The notes beneath the pieces were generated by a model that was not told where the DNA came from, did not search any database, and worked only from the letters and a program-made list of their open reading frames with translations. The translations under genes were made by a program, and so were the position numbers. Below, piece by piece: positions 1 to 14,500 of a DNA stretch of 64,000 nucleotides; within the stretch, counting starts at the first letter, position 1; each line of letters starts with the position of its first letter. Source of the DNA: Setoptus koraiensis (taxonomy: Eukaryota > Animalia > Arthropoda); the NCBI GenBank assembly GCA_048013815.1, contig CM106586.1:22692001-22756000 (forward strand). The letters are read 5' to 3'.

Positions 1-781
1 GGCAGCGCCGGCCACTCGGCCGACTCAGGCCAAGTGGGCACAGTCGAGCGGCCAGAGTTCAACTGGCCCGCTCACCTGTCTGCTGTTGTTGTTTCTAATG
101 GGCAACAACAGACGAGAATTCTTAGGCGCACTGCGAATCGCCGACAATTTCCGACAATTGCACTCAACGAGCAATCGTTGACTCCGGCGGCGCCGGCTGC
201 GGCCCATCGCTGGCCGGCAGCCGCTCAATGGTCAGCCCATTGAGCGACCAAGCGAATCAGCTCACGTCTTCATCGGTTTGTTGCGCCATTAGTGCACATC
301 AGTGGCTACAAAAATTTGAAAGAGCCGCCAGGTAAACGAGCTGCGGATGAACGAGCCCGGCGAAAGACGCGCACAGACGAGCCCGCAGATGGACGGGCCG
401 CCAATCTCACAGAGTGTCAACACTGAAAGCTACACGAACGGCCGCCTAGCGGCCGCAACGGGCCCAAGCGGCCGGCACCTAAATCAAAAAACTTCGGCCG
501 AGGCGTGCGCGGCTTCTCGGCGCTTGCGCAACGCAATTCGCTGGCCCCTCGCAAGCTTGCCACAGGCAAAGAATGCTCTCAAAGAATCATTACGTAACTA
601 ATCAATTGTTTGCTCACAATTTGTTCCACCGCCCCCCCCCCAAACCGTTACCTGGCCCACAAACAAACAAACTGACCAACAAACTGACCAACGCACAAAC
701 TGACCAACGCACAAACTGACCAACTGACAAACAAACAAACGGATCGACCCACAAACAACGCACACACAATGTTTCGCAATA

Positions 782-3457
782 ATGCGCCGTGTTGCGCAAC
801 AAATCGCCCAAATTGATCAATCAACCGATTTGTGCCGAACCGCAACTAAATCGCGCGCCTTAAATGGCCAAAATCGCCAATGGAAACGAACGACGACAAC
901 GACAACAATCACAATGAATGATGCAACCACCACCAACAACAAACAACAGCAAAACGAGACCGCCATGGACATTGCGCTACGCAAAGATCTAATTGAGATA
1001 CAGGAATTGATTGCAAATCCGCCCCCTAGGGGCCAGAGTCAGAAACACAGCCATAGCCGTTTAAATCGTTCCAACAGCAAGCTTGCCAGCAGTACAAATG
1101 TCGCACAAGATGCCAACAACAGCGACGACCAACAACAACCACCAGAGCACCGGCACAATGATTTTGATCAGTCGGACAATGACAATGACGACAATGACAA
1201 CGACAATGATGCACACAATCATCATCGTCATCATAGACGAAAACGGCATCATCATCATCACGGCAACAATCATCATAGGCAGCATCATCATCGTCATCAT
1301 CATCCAACAACAACAACAACAACAGCGGCACCGACTGCTGACCACCAAACAAATGTGTACATTTCTAGCAAATCTATTCGTCATCAGAGGCGCCACTTGC
1401 AACGACTAAAAATTGCTCAACAACAGCAACAGACGGAAACTGGCACACTGGAGCCAGCGCCATCTACCAGTGATAATGTGATCAACCGACAGCATCAAAG
1501 CGATGCTGTTACGCAAGGCACAAATTATGGTTATGCTACCACCGCCAATACCACAACAAACACAATAATAGGCCAACAACAACAACAACAGCAGCAACGA
1601 TTGAGGCGGCCCCATGCCAATCATCATTACAATCATCATCAGGGCTCCTCTAGCGGAAGTTGCAGTAGCTCTAAATCGGCCAGGTTACGTTTGAGCAGGT
1701 TGCGGCTACAATCGTCGTCGTCGGCGGCACTGCGACACAACAACAGTAACAGCAACAAACAACAACGTTCGTTACTGTTACACAATAGGCCCAACAGTGC
1801 AACATTGCAACTGGCTGGCGCTTGTGGCACCGGAACCGGAAGTGTCACGGGGCCGCTTGCTGGCACTTCCGGCAAGATGGTGTCAGCGCAATTGGGTGGC
1901 ACAACTGGTGCCGCGAGATTGCAAAGTTATAGTTCGAGTCAGTTGGTGCTAAACCAACAACAGCAACAGCAACTACAACTACTGCAGCACCACGTGAAAC
2001 AGCACTCCATCAGTCAATCGCGCATAGGTGGCGGCAGCAGCAGCAGATTGGCCAAGGGTGGCAATCAATTAATTAACTATTCCGTGAACAATGTCAATTG
2101 TGCAGTGTTGCACATAGACGACAACGACTACACTGCCGTCGTGGCCAAACAACGGACCACCACCGCCGCCCTCAACAACAACAGCAACAACAGCAACAAC
2201 ACCAGCAACAACAACAGCAACAACAATGGCGAAACTGCCACCACCACCACAACTAGCACTAACAACATGATTGATTTAATAGATATTGATTTATTGGACG
2301 GCAGACAGCAGCAGCAGCAGCAGGCGACAAAGATAGCAAACGGCGACAACAGCGTCAAACAACAACACGATTTGCTGTTGTGCCAGCAGTCGCAAGGGGC
2401 CCAGTTTGAGGCTTGTGCGCCGGATGCGCGCGATCATCCCTCTAAATGGCGCCTCATTATGGAGAGCAGTGCGGCCATTGGTCACTCGCTGGCGCGTTTT
2501 GACGCAAGCGCAACAACAACCACAACGGGCCCCAAGAGCTCGCCCTTGGTGCCGCTGTCATCGATGACAGATGACAGCGGTTGTGTCAAGAGCACCAGTC
2601 AGCTGTCGCCGAAATATGCCAACACTGGCAGCTCTAGATTGTTGCTGTCCAGTCACACTGTCCAGTCTTGTCTAGAGGGCGCTCATGTGACGACGGGCAA
2701 CAATGACATCGCGCAACAGCAACCACAACAACAACGCCAACGACAACCGCAACAACAACATCAACGACAACCACAGGATAACAAGGCACAGCGAAAGCAA
2801 CAAAACAGCGCCAACAGGTGCGGCCCGGAACCAACTAAAAAGACACTGAGGCGCCACTCGCCACTGTCGCAATTGTCCGGCGTGCATCGTTTGACCCCGT
2901 TGCGTCCCCTGCTGGCCAATTATTCAACTAGCAACACAACGGCCTTTAATTCGTTGAAGCGCCAACAGGGCGCCGGTCAGTCTAGCAAGAAGCGGCGAGC
3001 GGGCCGTCAATCACTGTTTGCTGTTATGAAATTGCCAGTCACTCTTGGCTTGATGGCCTCTGGTGGCCAGAAAACGAACAACAAAAAGCAACAACAACAA
3101 CAACAGGACAACAACAGTGACGACGACGACCAATTTGAGGATATCGATATCGTCGAAGAGGACGACAATTGTCACAACAACGCAACTGAAACAAACAACA
3201 ACAACAAGACCACAATTGCACAGTTGCTGAGCCAACCGGAAACAGCTGGTGACAACAACGACATGTCAAAAGCGGTTGGCAGCCAGCAAATGGGTGGTCG
3301 CAGGGCCGAGCGACAACTGAGGCAATCAGACAGCAGCAATCAATATCAGGTGATAGGAGCCAATGGGCGCCCGTTGCGTCAGACGCGCCCCCTGGCGCCG
3401 CTGAGCGAGGCTCATCAATTGTATGCGGTGCCTAACAAGTGTCACGCAATCAAAAGG
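782..3457 (+). CDS. Large low-complexity (Q/N/H/T/S-rich) coding exon of an unidentified protein; probably spliced at its 3' end
   Basis: 909-codon ORF 782-3511 with sense-strand CAA/AAC repeats. Strong donor AGG|GTAAGT at 3458 (phase 0) just before the stop. No recognisable domain. True start (782 or a later ATG) and the downstream exon are unresolved. Confidence 0.55.
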
Positions 3458-5622
3458 GTAAGTTTTGGCCTTAGTGGCTCACGATCGACCATTGTCGGGC
3501 TCGATAGATAGAGGTCACTGGCGTTGGTCCTGCATCTGTTATATATTGCATGCGACTGGGTTACGTAAGAGACATTTTTGTGTTGTATTTTTGTATTTTT
3601 GTATGAGCAACAACAACATACAACTTGTGTAATACAAGCGCTGCAAGAGTGTGACATATATGAGATATCGACTGGCGAGCTTGTGAGGGCTTGTGAGGGC
3701 GGACTGACCTTGCGAGCTGCTCACAAACTTTGTCAGGCCGCAAACAAAGAGCGTTTAGTGCGGAGTTTGTCGACCCGCAGCGCGATTTACATGCGGCGCG
3801 CCATGGCAATCGGCTCTGGCCAGTTGATTGATTCGTCACTCGACATCCGATACCCGATGCCCGGCGGCCAATCGATGGCCGGCGTCCAGTGGCCAGTGCG
3901 CCGAGTTGCGCCACCAAATTAGATTAATGGCGATCCGATGCGATCGGCGCCACGCTCGACTCGAGCGGCTCGAGGATGCGAGCGGCGCAATTGTTGTCGT
4001 TGCTGTTGCTGTCGTTGTTGTCGTTGTTGCTGTTGTTGTTGCTGTTGTCGTTGTTGCTGTTGCTGTCCTTTGGAGCGCTTAAACGCTACGTCCGAGTGAC
4101 GCCGGCAACGGCAGCGTCAGCACAACAACAGCAACGACAACAACATTGTCGCAACAAGCGCATTGTGTGACGCAATGCTGCTGCAGTCGGCGTGTAATGG
4201 CTTGCCGACACGCTACAGGGCATCGAGTGCAGATGCGACACATTGCGCAACGTACACAGGTAATGGCAGCGTAATGCACAGCGAGATAGGGCAAGAAACA
4301 AATTATTACAAAAGAGTTTAGTGGCCATTTCACACTTTGATGAGCACATGATCTCTCTCTCTCTCTCTCTCTCTCTGTGCCGATCTGTCGCTGACACAAA
4401 CGAGGCGACGCACGACAACTAGCTTGCCATTTGCGCCAAGCACCGTGCCAAGCCGGCGGCCATTGTATTGGCGTTGGCGTGTTGTGGCCGGCGAGTCAAT
4501 CGAGGCCAATTGAGACACTTGTCGTTGGGGCACACAAACGCACAGACAGCTGACCATTCAATTGGCGTGCCGATTGAATGGTCAGCCGACTGCCATTTCG
4601 TGCTTCCATGTGGACATGGCAAAATGCACACCAGAATGGACACCAAAATGGACACCAGGCGACCTTTGACAAACTGTCTGTCCGTTTGCGCCACTCTAAT
4701 ACAGTCACTCTATCGGCCGTCTGTCTACCTGTCAAGCCTGTGTGCAGTGTGTGTCGGATTACGCAACTGCATCTCGCTGCAACTGCCAACCGCGCACAGC
4801 TGACCACTGGTCACCAGTGACTGGTGGCCACTCCCGGCAACTCTGTCCAAATTCAATGTCCAAATTCAATGAACTGTCTCTCGTTGAAATTCAATGATCA
4901 CGCTCGTCAATGATGCTTGCGCGACTCGCCGCCAGAGTGACACGAGACTCTTGTTACAAGAGCGCGGTGGCACTCGAACATGAACAAGCAGACATGACAA
5001 TGATCGCCACAATGAACGGCCAACTAATAGCCAGCCAATATCTGCCAGGGGACGGTCAATCAATTAGCCATTCGTTGGCCAGTGCGTCGGGCCATTAGTC
5101 AGGTTAATGTTGCGCCAGAGTCAGGCCAGTGTTACGTCAGAGTTGGGCCAGTGGATGGCGAGCCCAACGACAACAAGTCAATTGTTTGCATTGTTGCCCG
5201 CTCTGGCGTGTTGCTGGCTGGCGGGCGCTGGCCGGCCAGTGCAACAAGTTGCCGCCGAGTGGCCAAATTGAGCCATCAAATCGATCATTGTTTTGCTGCT
5301 CAATCGCACGCTGGCCAAGTGAGTCCGCTCACCAGACAAGTGTGTTGTGGCCGCGGCGCGCTCACCTGTCGCAAATGCACATTGTGTCGTATGTGGCCGG
5401 CATTGCGCAATCAATCGGCCCGGCCCGGCCCGACATTTGGCAATCAATCAGACCGGCCCGCGTGGCGTGGTGTCGCACTGCAAGCAACTGTTTTTGTTGC
5501 AAGTTACGCAATCAACGTGCCACAGCAAGCAACTGCGCTCTGCAGAGAAAGTAGCCGCGGCGACATTGGATTGCTGCCACTTCCGGTCAGCGGGCCGGCG
5601 CAAGCGGCTTCAGTGGCCGGTT

Positions 5623-5623
<1 letters not shown>

Positions 5624-5680
<57 letters not shown>

Positions 5681-5683
5681 TGT
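5624..5683. repeat. (GT)n microsatellite
   Basis: About 30 GT units with one interruption. Confidence 0.95.
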
Positions 5684-7268
5684 GGCCGCTTGAGACAACA
5701 AAAACAATCGATTTGTTGTTGTGCGTTTGTTTGCCGATAGTTGCTGATAAACTTGTTGCACTTGTTACGCGCTTGCCACTCACAAGTCGAGAGGAAGTGA
5801 CGCAACTCGCCGCTGCCAAACACAGCTGACCGCTGCCAAGCACAGCTGACTGCCGCCGCCGCCGCCAAATCAAACAGACTCGCCCATTTGACTTGCGGCT
5901 ATCGACTGTCCGTTCGCCAGATCGATTGACCAGTGTCCATTGATGTGGCGCTGATGTTTGTCCAGTTGGCTGGACAAACATTGGCTCGCTGCAACGGTCA
6001 GTTGTTTGTCGGACGCATCCCGATGATGAATTGGCTCGGCCGGGTTCGCGCGGCTCGCATCGGCCCGAATCGGCTGCTTGGCTCCGCTCGGCTCCGTTTG
6101 GCCGCGCTCGGCCGGCGCCGGTGGTCAGCGAAATCGGAAATGAGCCGCAGCGCGCCGACCGACAACAAACCCACCGACCGACAGCTCATACGTCAAACAC
6201 TGGCTTACGTAACATGAGTTATGTTGTACTCATGCATCATGCTGCCATGCTAGCCGTGCACAACAATGCAGCGCCAGGCGCATTATAGTAACAGTTGCAT
6301 TATACGGCGGTATGAGTGTTGTTGTTACATAATAGCCGGCGCACATAACATATTAGTCATCATTAGTGCCGCTTGCGTCATTAGGCTGATCGATGGGCGC
6401 GCGTTGCGCCGGCTACCGCGACAGCATGACGACATGCGGTTATTATGTACCTGTTATTCACGCATTATTCACTTGTTATATATTATATATTATGCAATAC
6501 CTGTTATTACATAATAACAGATAACAGATAACATATAACAGATCTGGTGGCGCTGCAAGTTGCGCCGACAGATATGTATTATGTAACGAGCCGCCGCCGC
6601 CACAAACAAGCGCCAGCAACAACCTGTTGCTGCCATAGCAATAGTGTTGCATTTGCAGGCTATTTGCATACCATCCAATCACTAGATAATAGCAATAATA
6701 TCGCAACAAATACCATTCTGTTCACCTGTGGCAGCCAAATATTGTTTGTTGCAATACTATTGCACAGGTGAGCAAAACATTATCACACAGACGAGCAAAA
6801 TATTGTCTGGTCAGCGAGCAGCTTGTTGGCCGGATAAGAGTGTTGCGCCGACACAACGCGGACAAAGCCCGCGACACAGCTGACCGGGTTTGTGCGGCCG
6901 GCGCGTCTTCCGTCCGTTCGGACGCTCCGCTCGGACGCAAACAACCGCTAATCGATCACTCGCCGGCGAGCTCTGCGCGATCTGACAGTCTCATTACGCG
7001 GCCCGCCGCACTCTCAAAACCGCGTCTATCTACACGACGCGTCTATCCCTGACACATCCATGCGAAACCATCAACCGATCCAATCGCTAACGAGTCCCCC
7101 AATCTGTCTATTCCCCGTCTATTACCCGCTGCTATTATCCGATTCAACTCGATTCCGCATTCAACCCGCGCCCGATCCGCATCCATCGACAAACAAACAA
7201 ACAAACAATCACACTCACCGGTCGACTGGCACGTAATGCGAACGATCCAACAACGACAATGACGCAAA

Positions 7269-10200
7269 ATGACGCAATATGACGATGTGATGAAATGGCG
7301 TCTGCAGAGACAGCAACAGGACGAGGCGGCGGCTGCCGCGGCCCTCGTGGCGCCCTCTACTGGCCACGCCGCCAACGACGACTCGTCGGGATCATCGTCG
7401 GCCGCGCTCACTAGCGCCTCTAACCCGGACCTGTCCAACGAATCCGCACAGCAAGCGCAACAATTAACCGTTAGACCTATGACCATGGACGAGCAGCAGC
7501 AGCAGCAATCTGACCAAAATCTGGCCAAACACTGCGCTGACCAACAACCACAACAACAACCAGCGACATCGGCCGCCGTGATAGGAGTGAGGCGACACAC
7601 GCAACTGACCGGATGCTCGTCTCAGTCGACAATGGCCGACAAGGAGCTGGACACAACTTTCGACACGCAACAACAGCAGCTCGCTAAGCAGTGTTGCACG
7701 GACTGTCACAAGGAAATGGGGCCGGCGACGAGCGGGCCCAGCGGCGCCGACGGCGCACTAGACGCAAGCGCAATGTTGGCGGATAATTGCTGTGCGCCGG
7801 CGGGAGGGGCGCCGGTCAACAGCCGGCAGCAGCAGCAGCAGCAATTGTGCATTTGCAGTCCGTACGGGCGCAATTCGGGCCAGCCCGACTTGAACGAGTT
7901 TCCGCGGCCCAAGTTCGACATGAGCGCCTCTAGCGCCCCCCTGAAGGAGGGCGAAAAGTACTACATGGATCTGGGTAAGTTCACGACGCTGCCACGGTGG
8001 CGCTCGTCGTCGCGATGTGACGCCGCGCAATCGGTTATGTAATCGGTCAAACGCAAACACTGTCAAAATCATCACTAATTACTTAATTAATTTAAATCTC
8101 GCGCTTATTTGTTACCCGACAGCCGGCAACGTGCGCAAGGGCCCAGTGGGCGTGCGACAAGTGGCCCCCGTCGAGTGTGTGTGCGCCTCGGATTCGCAGC
8201 CGGCACCAACGGCAACGACATTGCAGCAGCAGCAGGACCCGTCGGGGGTCGGGCAACAGCGGCTGTTCGGCGACCCGGACGACGACGCGGACGAGGGCGC
8301 CGCGCGACAAAAACCGCAACCGGACAACGAGGACCAATTGAGCGCCGACGCAAGCAACGACCTCAAGACGCTGCTGGCCATAGAGAGGGGCAAACAGTCG
8401 AGCACGGCAGCGGCCACGGGCGACCGAGGCGCCCAACAGCCGCTCAACAACGTAAATCACGGTTCGAATGGGGCCCACTCGGCCACAAATACCCAGTACT
8501 CGACCGGAAGCCGACAGTCGCGCCAGCGACAGCAACTCATTGAGGCCCCGTATCAGTATGGATCGCTGAGTTATTATGCCTTTTCGCCCGTTGTGCAGGC
8601 CTCGTCGGATTTGATCGACAGACCGGAACAGGTTGCCGGCCCGTCGGATTCGGCGCCGGCGCCGCCGCTACCCGCAAAGCATCAGCAGGCGAGCAACGAC
8701 AGCGAGCCCGCCACGGGCAAGCCGCCGGGGCAACAACGCGACAACGACAAGCCAGCGGCGGGCGGCCCGCCCAGGAACGACAAGAAGAGCAAGGAGGCGC
8801 CCCCAACCAAGAAGTCGTGGCTCATGTCCAAGCTGACGCTGTCCTCGAAGAACCAGCTCAAGCTCGCCGGCAAGGCGCTAGCGGCAAGCCAAAAGAACGG
8901 GCCGCAATCGGGCGAGCCGGACAAGGGGGCCGCGAGCAGCGACAAAGCCGCCGGTAAATCGAGCGGCGCGGCGCCCGACGACAAACTGGCCGCAAGCGCC
9001 GACAATCTGCACGGTCCCGAGCGCAGGCCCGAGATAATTCGTTTGGGCGGCGCCCCTGAGGCTGAGCCGGTGCCCGTGAACGGCAGCGCGGGCCAATTGG
9101 CGTCGGGCCGCCATTTGTATTCGGCGGCCAGCCAGTCCGTGGTGGCGCAACAGAAGAGCCTGGCCGCGGCGGCCGCCGCCAAGGTGCACCAGCTGAAACT
9201 GCACAACGGCCGGCCCGGCCTGCAGTCGCGCGCCAGCCTGGAAATGGCGAGCGCGGGTGCGGCGGCCGCAACGGACGGCACCCCGTTGCCCGGCGACACG
9301 AAAACAGCCAAGTCAGAGCAATCGGTCCAGCAGCAGCAGCAACAGGTGAACAGGGCCGCGTACGCGCTCAACATTCAGGTGTTAGACCCGTTGGGGGGCG
9401 TGGGCCTCCATGCCAAGACGGACGGAAGTAAGTCGGCCAACAGCGTCGGGATGTCCGATTCGTCGCCGTCGAACAATGGCGCCGACTCGGACAATTCCAT
9501 TCACAGCGGCTCTAACCAGTCGAACGGGACCACAACAAACACAAGCCAGGCCACCAGCACGAGCAACCCGAGCCCGTTGGGCGTGCTCAACCGGCTACTA
9601 TTGAACACGCACACGAGCGTTGTTGCGGTGACCGCAGGATGCGGCCCGAAGAAGAGCGGTTTGCCCGTGGTGTCGCGGCCCGTCGGCAAACCGGCGGCCG
9701 ACCTAGCGGTGGCGGCACAACAACAACAACAGCAGCAGCAACAGCAGACAACCACAAACATGGGATCGGACGGCCAGAGCGAGGCGCCCTCGTCGTCGTC
9801 TGTGTCGCCCTCGTCGTCGTCGCAAACGACAACAACCACGGGTGGCACCACGACGCATCCGTCGGGCGACCTGACCAGCGCGGGCGCGTCGCCCGCGTCG
9901 CTGTCGCCGCTGGCGCAACCGACAACAACGCACGGTAACAAAGCGGCGGCGGCGGCCCGTGCGCCGCTGTTGACCTCGGCGAGCGCCATTCAGGACCTGC
10001 AGCGCGTGGACAGAATCGTGTCGGACCACATTATGAAGCGAACGACTTCGGCGCACGCGACGGGCTTGCATCAGCCGCGACCGGAAGCGGAGGCCGGCGC
10101 CAAGTCGCTGACGCTGTCCGACGTGGACTGCGCGGGCAGCGCGCAACTGGGCAACTGCACCCGCTCCAGGCGGCCCATATTCGTCAATGGGGGCCACAGT

Positions 10201-11568
10201 ATGACCGGAAGCGGCCCGACCGACATGGACATCGTAGTGGGCGACGCAACGAACCGCGCCGCCCACCCGTCGTACGAGCCAACCCGCACCGGCAAACCCG
10301 ACCAGCAGCAGCAGCTCACAGTGGAGCCGCCCCCGCCGCGTAGATGCGTGTCGTCCGCAAACGAGCGACACACACTGACCGCTTCGGGCCAGCAGCAGCA
10401 GGCGCAATACAACCCGTACATGACCAACGTAATGATGATGGCGCCCCAGTACCCCGCTTCGGGCGCTGGCGCCGCTGTTGTGCCCCTGTGCGAATATCAT
10501 GCCAACAGCCGGGCCGCAATTCAAAATTCCACTTCCGGCCCGCTAGCCAACAATTATTTTGTGCGTGCCGACGATGCAGCGCACCACGTGCACACCATGT
10601 CGGCCGCCAGCAGTCACCACCATCAGCAGCAAATGGACGCGGCCGCGGCCAGCTACGAGTATTACCTGTCGACAACGGCGCCCCAGCGGCCGGTGTACCT
10701 GAGTCACGGGTACGACAACGCGTACCAGTCGCTGCTAGAGCAGCAACAGGGCGCCGCCAACCAGAGCCACCTGTCGGAGAGTCTGTTGTGTTTGCCGGCG
10801 GCGGCGACAGGTAGCAGCAGTTTGCTTCAGCAGCAGGACAAGCACCTATCTCAGCACTTGTCGGCTCAGCAACGTCGCCAATTGCCCCCCCGGCCCAAGA
10901 GTTCCCTAGATGGCGCCATGCTTCATCAGTATCAATCGACGCCACACTACCTGGTCGACAGTAACGGGTACAGCGCGGGTGGCGCCGCCGCGCCGCCGCT
11001 GCACACAGCCAACGGGTACGCAAGCGCAGCCGCGCCCGCCTCTCTCGTGAGCTTGTATCAGCAGGCCGGCGGATATCCGCTGGCGCCCATGTATCACTCG
11101 AGCTTTTATTTGTATGACGGCGCACAGCAGGACATTTCGGCCGGTTCGGGCGGCGGACTGACCGTCATGTCGGCCAGCGGAGCGCCGTCGGGCTATCGGA
11201 GCGTTTCCGTTGCGCCCCCGTATCAGCAGCAGCAGCAGCCGGCCACCGGCAACGGCAAGCAATCGTCGTTGAGTGTGGTGTCGCCGGGCACCCTGTCAAG
11301 TCAGTACTACCAACAAAAGCAGCATCAGCATCGCGTCTACGTGAGCGCCGCCGGCCCGCCAACAACGGAACCGCCAACAAGTGCCAACCAGGAGCCCCAA
11401 AACGGCGCCTCAGAGGGGCCAAATCATAAGTCAATATTGTCTAGTCATAATGGTCACACTGGCAGCAAGGTGACCGTATCAACCGGGCCGGCAGCGGCCA
11501 ACAAGCAGGCGGCCGACACAGCGCAACTTGTGGTCAAGCACAAGCTGACAACTCTGGCGGCCATCTAA
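7269..11568 (+). CDS. Two-exon (7269-7974, 8123-11568) ~1383-aa disordered Q/A/S/G/P-rich protein of unknown function
   Basis: Donor CTGG|GTAAGT at 7975 and acceptor CCGACAG| at 8121-8122 are both phase 1 and join ORF 7269 to ORF 8017 in frame (EKYYMDL-A-GNVRKG). GC-rich codons and a long uninterrupted ORF. May be the 3' part of the gene starting at 782. Confidence 0.7.
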
Positions 11569-14500
11569 TCGGACCCAATCACAACTGATCGCCACCAATC
11601 ACAACTGGCCACAACCAATCAAAACCAATTGAAACTGGCGACAACCAATTAGAACAAATCAAAACCGGCGACAACCAATTAAAACAAATCAAAACCGGCG
11701 ACAACTAATCCACGCAACATCCGGCTGCGCGATTGCGTGACCAATCCAATGGCCAATCTGATCCGGTGAATGCAATTCATGATCGGATATCGCCTCTGCA
11801 CAATTATCCTCTGCAACAATAATTAAGATAATTAGAGGCGGCGTATGCATAAATGTATAGATGTGTGTAAATGTATATTGTACAATAAATGTAATTTGTG
11901 ATGCACATAAAAGACAAGTTGTTATTCGTTGTTGTTGTTGAGCTCGCCACAAAGTGTTAGCCTATCACGATATATCTAAGCTATGCATGCCGATAATGAC
12001 AAGTGCGCAATGCGAAGTGCAGTGAAGTGTCCCAAAATTATCATGACAAGCGGCAACAAAACAAAATTTTCACTGGCCCATCTATGTAAAAACTTGTATG
12101 TAACCTGTTGTATAATAGTATGTTATCTTTTTCATTATTTTCATTTTCACAATATGTCAGTCGGACTCGCCATTCAACTCGCACTCACACCTTGCCGGCG
12201 GCACACACACTACGCACCTCACACCCACACGCACGTCATGTCGTTTATTATGTAATCAGTAGTCATGCATTGCGGATGGCAGCACAAGAGAGAAAAGTAA
12301 CGATAATTTAAATTTAAATTTACAAATAAATAAATGACACAATTGTTACACTATTATTATTTGTCTCCTCGCTGTATTATTGCCGAGCAACATAGTTGCG
12401 CGTGTCATTGTCGTATTATTAGTTGCGCGTGTTATTGTGGTATTATTAGTTGGGCGTTATTGTCGCCGTGCGTCGCACTTGACAAGTTGCAACTTGTTGC
12501 GCTTGCCGCCAATCACTGGTAAACCGATGAATTGCTAAATGGGTGAATGGGTGAATTGCTAAATTGGTGAATCATTGAATCAGTGAATCAGTGAATCAGT
12601 GAATCGGTGAATCGGTTAATTGGTTAATTGGCGAATCGCTGCTTGTGTTTTGGGCGCTGACAACAGATGCGAGTGTCGCGTCGTCGCATTAATTAGCAAC
12701 TGCGCGTGGCAGGGGTGCCAGTCGGCGCTCGTGCCACTGATTAAATGTTCAAGTTATGCAACACAACTCGTTATCTCGCGCGCCATCCGGCTAATTATGA
12801 TGCCGGTCGCGCAAGCGATCACAATGGCTTATCGCGAGTCGCGACACGATCACATTGACTCGGTGCTCGGCGCTTGATTGACGGCTCGTCGTCACAACAG
12901 CAACCAACCAACAGCCAGCACAGATGGTCGTTTGAAATATCATCTCTGAAAGATGTCGTTTGATGAAATTAGCGACGATTTATAACGAGTGACGACGTGG
13001 GTTTCCCTTTGGTGGATTTCGCACTCGCACAGCAGCCAGCCGCGTAATTACCAATTAATTGGATGTATATTTCTAGACTGACAGCACAGTTCTAGTCACA
13101 GTCATTTCTCGAGTCTAGAACAAGCCGGCCCGACAGGCGGCCCGACAAGCAGAGTGGCTCGGATATCGCAAATATTCGTGTCATATGAATATTTGATTTG
13201 GCGTATTGGCGCGCGACTGTGCGCAATATCATGTGTGGCACGATGGCGAGTTGTCTCAAGTGATTGCGCACGGTTGAACGACTCCCGACCTTTGCAAACA
13301 CCCGACGCCCGCCACCAACAACAGCGACCAACAACAGCGACCAACAGCGAGCGAGCGACAACAGCGACCGACAGCGAGCGAGCGAACGAGCGAGTCAAGG
13401 GCTCATTTGCATAAGTTGGCCCGCCGATAAGTTATCGGAGCTGCTAGCTGTAATTAGCGCATGCTATGCGTTTTGCCCAAGTCAACGATGGTGCGAATGG
13501 GTAGGCAAACACTTGTTGTTGTTGGTGCTGGCGAGTGTGTGATTGCTGTCAGTGGAGCTGTCATTGGCACTTGAGTAGTGAATTTTATTTTAAAATGCAC
13601 ACTTGCGACAGACACAAACAAATTGCCAGCCAGCGGCTGGATAATTGTGGTGCCACAAACAACAATTGTTGTGCTTTTGTACACTTTGTACACAGCGATC
13701 GTCGCCGGCAACGACGAGCTGCGACAACAACATTATCTAGCTATTATCACCTGTGTTGCGTCGAGTCGATGGCACTCGTTGCCGGCCGCTTCAATTATTG
13801 CCAATTACGCTTGTGGCAGCATATGCCACAAGCGCCGCCGCCGCCGCCGCACCATACGCCACAAGCCCGCAACAAGCCGTTTGTCGTCGAGACCAAATCG
13901 CTTGTGGGACTTGAGTGAGACGCGCCGGCGTGTCGTACGACAATTTGTGTCTCAAGTTGCGCAACAACTGGCTGTCATTACCTGGCTGCTGCTGCTACCT
14001 GTGCTGCAACGTGACAAGAATCGTGCTGCTGCTGACATAAGGTTGTTGTTGTCATCTAACCAATCTAACAATAGCCGGCTGGCACTGTGCGCGTCACCAC
14101 GATCGGCACCCACTGATCGAGCGCCGACTGCCGCCAGGTAAGCGCGCCATGTAAGCGAGCAATTGCGACAGCGTTGGCTTGCACGAGACCGTCTCGTCGA
14201 GACGGCGCGCAGGCAGCCCGATTGTCGCAACAACAGCATGACAATAACAATACGATTACACACAAGCGGACAGGAATATCGCCCAATTATTCATATATCA
14301 CGTCGCTCGTATCGCGAGCTTGGCATGGTCGCCGCGACCATTGTCCAAACACCGAGCACCATCGGCGCTTATCGTGACGAGCATAGCGCCGGCGCTCGCC
14401 GGCAAGACGCACCCGAGCGGCCGTCCGGCCGCTACCGATCGCCGTCAGTGTCAGTGCGGCGTCAGTGCAGCGTCAGTGTCAGTGCGGCGTCACATGCGAG

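Noticed and set aside
14275-14340. YHVARIASLAWSP resembling a WD40 repeat
   Set aside because: Single motif with upstream stops, a weak acceptor and no further WD repeats nearby.
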